Source of the DNA: Emiliania huxleyi CCMP1516
Lineage: Eukaryota
Direction of reading: 5' to 3'
Length of the DNA stretch: 64,000 nt
NCBI RefSeq assembly: GCF_000372725.1
Contig: NW_005201231.1
Span: forward strand, 296,246-360,245
Shown: positions 61,521-64,000 of the stretch, piece by piece
How the letters are laid out: each line of letters starts with the position of its first letter
Position numbering within the stretch: position 1 is the first letter of the stretch
Notes under the pieces: generated by a model
Told to the model about the DNA's origin: nothing
The model's database searches: none
Seen by the model: only the letters and a program-made list of their open reading frames with translations
Made by a program: the position numbers and the translations under genes

Positions 61521-62251
61521 TGTGCGGCGAGGAAAGCTCAGTTTTTTTGGATCTGTGAGCGGGAAGGCGGCGGCGGGCGAGCGTCAGCACCGTGAAATAT
61601 GGATGAGCATTGCGCGCGCTCGCTGCGGGCGTCGCGGGCAAAGGGCGTGGAGGCGACCGCCATCCGATTGTGCCAGCTTTGCGTCGTGTGCGTCTACTTG
61701 CTAGGGCGGCGTGCAAGCGAGCGGGCTGCGTCGCTCTCTCGCCGGAAAAGAGTGGGGGCAATCGGGCGGGTTCGCTCGGTGTAAGGGTGGGGAACGAGCG
61801 GCAGCGGCCGCGTCTCGTGGCTCCTCGATGGCAGCAGCCTCACCTGCGAACGGGAGGTGCAGGCATTGTGAGGCCGAGAGGGGGCGTAGCCGCTCGGGCG
61901 CCAAAGGCATGGTGGGAGCGGAGAGGGAGCGGCGGGTTGCGTGAGCAAGAGGCGTCGCGCCGCTCGGGCGTGCAGCTCCCCGCGGCCATGTGCGTCGATG
62001 CGGCGGGGCCAGCGCGAGCGGAACGGGAAAGGCGAGGGTTGGGCCGCCTGTGTGGAAATCAGCAAGGAGGGGGAATGTGTGATGGCCTGTCTCGAGGTCT
62101 CGCGGAGTACAATTTTTCGTTTTTCATGGAGATTTTGGCGATCGCGCACGCGACGTGGTTGGTGAGAGTGGAGGAGAGTGGGGTGAGAGAGAGAGTGGCG
62201 CCTCATGTGTGTGTGTGAGTGTGTGTGTATAAACGCTGGTCCGGGGTTGTG

Positions 62252-63051
62252 TTTTGAGCTTAGCCTTCGATGTTATGAAACAACGCAAGGCGGACATGGC
62301 ATATCGCTCTCGGGCCCACAGACATCCCGCACACTCGCCGCACACCCGCCGCCCCCGCGCGCGCCCCGCCCCGGCCGGGAGAAAGGGGAGTGACAGTTTG
62401 GGACTCGCAAGCCCGAGTATGTTGAGTCCTGGCTCAACAACGCAGAGAACAAGAGGGGGTGGTCCGGCTCACAAGTCCGGCTCACGCGCCTCGAGCTCGC
62501 CATCTACCGCACTGAACACTTCCGCCCCCTCGCTCCCAACCCATCCACCTCGCCTCGGGCCGCGCCGCGCGATCTCGGGCGATCTCGCGCGATCTCGGGC
62601 GATCTCGGGGCCGCGCCGCGCTATCTCGGGCGATCTCGCGCTATCTCGGGCGATCTCGGGGCCGCGCCGCGCTATCTCGGGCGATCTCGGAGCGTCGCTC
62701 GCGCGGCGTCACACCTGCTCAAAAAGGAAGGAGGTTGGAGGCAGGAGGTCACGCCCCATCCAGAGCGCCGTCGTCGCCGGGTTTTTGGCCCCCGGGTCGT
62801 CGCCCGACGGTTGCTGCGCGGGGCAGCAGACCATCGGACGGCGCGACGACGCCCCGTCCGGCACGCTCCCCCCTCCACCCGGCTATTGCCGCACGAGCGC
62901 CCTCAGCGGCGGAATTTTCCCCTCGCGCTTCCTTGGGCCCCCGGCAACGCCGACGGACTTCCCGTCCCCCCACCTGCGCCGCAATCACCGCCGTGATTGT
63001 CGGCGCCGCGCCCCTTGGCGCCTGTGCATGTCCCGCGTGCCCGCCCGCCAA
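62252..63051 (+). mobile_element. Dispersed repeat family B, copy 2
   Basis: Matches 30832-31571, with extra ATCTCGGGCG units. Confidence 0.9.
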
Positions 63052-63329
63052 GGCTGGTGCCAAGGCCAACTCAACTGTGTTTTTGTATAAACGCTACACT
63101 GCGGTTGCGCGGCACGGTGTGCAGTGATGGTGGCTGGCTGCGTTAGGTGCTGGGCAGGGGCAGGGGAGTGTGGCCGCTCATGCTGCGGCCGGATGGGGAG
63201 GAGTGGGGCTCACGCCTTCTGGACAGCGACGCCTTGGTTGGTGTAGTAGAAGGGTAGAAGGCTCGAAGAACGCTGCACGACATCTCGACGGCCAGGAAGC
63301 GGCCGAGGCACGCACGCTTGCTCGCGCTA

Positions 63330-63510
63330 GGCTGTCACGTTAGGGAAGGATCTGACAGCACCGGATCACCTCGGATGTCAGACTCTGCTGTCAGGCTGTC
63401 AGATACGTTCTGTCAGGCTGTCGGAGAAAGTGCTGTCAGAGCTATCGGGCTGTGTCGGGCACTGTCAGGCGCTATCCGGGTTTGCTGTCAGGCTGTCAGA
63501 CCAGGGCTCA
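63330..63510. repeat. CTGTCAG-rich degenerate repeat cluster abutting a family A head (63510-63630)
   Basis: About 9 CTGTC(A/G)G motifs plus one inverted CTGACAG. Confidence 0.7.
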
Positions 63511-63712
63511 GAGCACTTGGAAGCGTGCGGTCATTAACCACACGCCCAGGGCCGGGGAGCTAAGAAGCGCACCCAGCGGGCCGGACGGTTGTATCGGGCT
63601 GCGGGCTAGAGAGCCCTGACCCTGGGGGGTGCGCCGTCGCAGGCTGCCGACTCTGTGCTCGTGTCATGTATACGACGGTCCTTTCTTGTTTCTATATTCT
63701 TAATTCAAATTT

Positions 63713-64000
63713 CTAATACCGGTATACTATACTATACGTCAGTAAGTTACTTGTAACTTGATCACGAACACGCGCGCCAAAGACTAGTATGTAGTATACT
63801 CCGCCACGTCGAAAGTGGAGCGAAAACTCAGCCTTGAGTTCTCAGCGCCCTCACGGCCCGCCAATGGCAAACCCGACTCCCTCCGTGTGGCGCCGCCCGA
63901 TGGTGTTGGGAACCCTATTCCGGAGCGATTTCCCCTAGGGTTAGCGCATGGTCATCGTGCGGATGCCTCTTCCTATCTCTGCCACCACCCTCAAAGAACG
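63713..64000 (+). repeat. Dispersed repeat C, internally deleted copy 2 (runs off the window)
   Basis: Near-identical to 58408-58635, then jumps to the sequence at 59377. Confidence 0.85.

Overview
GC-rich eukaryotic genomic DNA with two 100-N gaps (10821-10920, 21824-21923). The GC-donor introns and 10-11-bp intronic tandem repeats (ATCTCCCC-, CTCGGCTGCCT-, GACATGTCCAC-type) resemble the coccolithophore Emiliania/Gephyrocapsa huxleyi; this identification is an inference. Recognisable genes: a VOC/glyoxalase-WrbA flavodoxin fusion, an intronless SF2 helicase with five HA repeats, NUF2, two HET(TIR-like)-domain receptor-like genes (HET-LRR; HET-ARM ending in a polybasic CaaX box), a DUF3293 protein, a cysteine-synthase-like enzyme, a BT1/MFS transporter, an ELP3-like radical SAM-GNAT enzyme with a probable C-terminal membrane anchor, a stand-alone NYN/PIN protein, a WW-domain protein, a giant Ser-Pro-rich cupredoxin-containing protein and a class-3 lipase. 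Also present are CRE-like non-LTR retrotransposon fragments, a TIR element and several dispersed repeats near gene starts. Most notable observations: (1) many introns are built as a duplicated piece of the flanking exon plus a simple-repeat filler ending in AG, suggesting ongoing intron creation; (2) a ~135-bp element occurs five times, always in introns and always in the host-sense orientation; (3) the HET-repeat genes look like innate-immune receptors. Exon boundaries were inferred by eye and are approximate.
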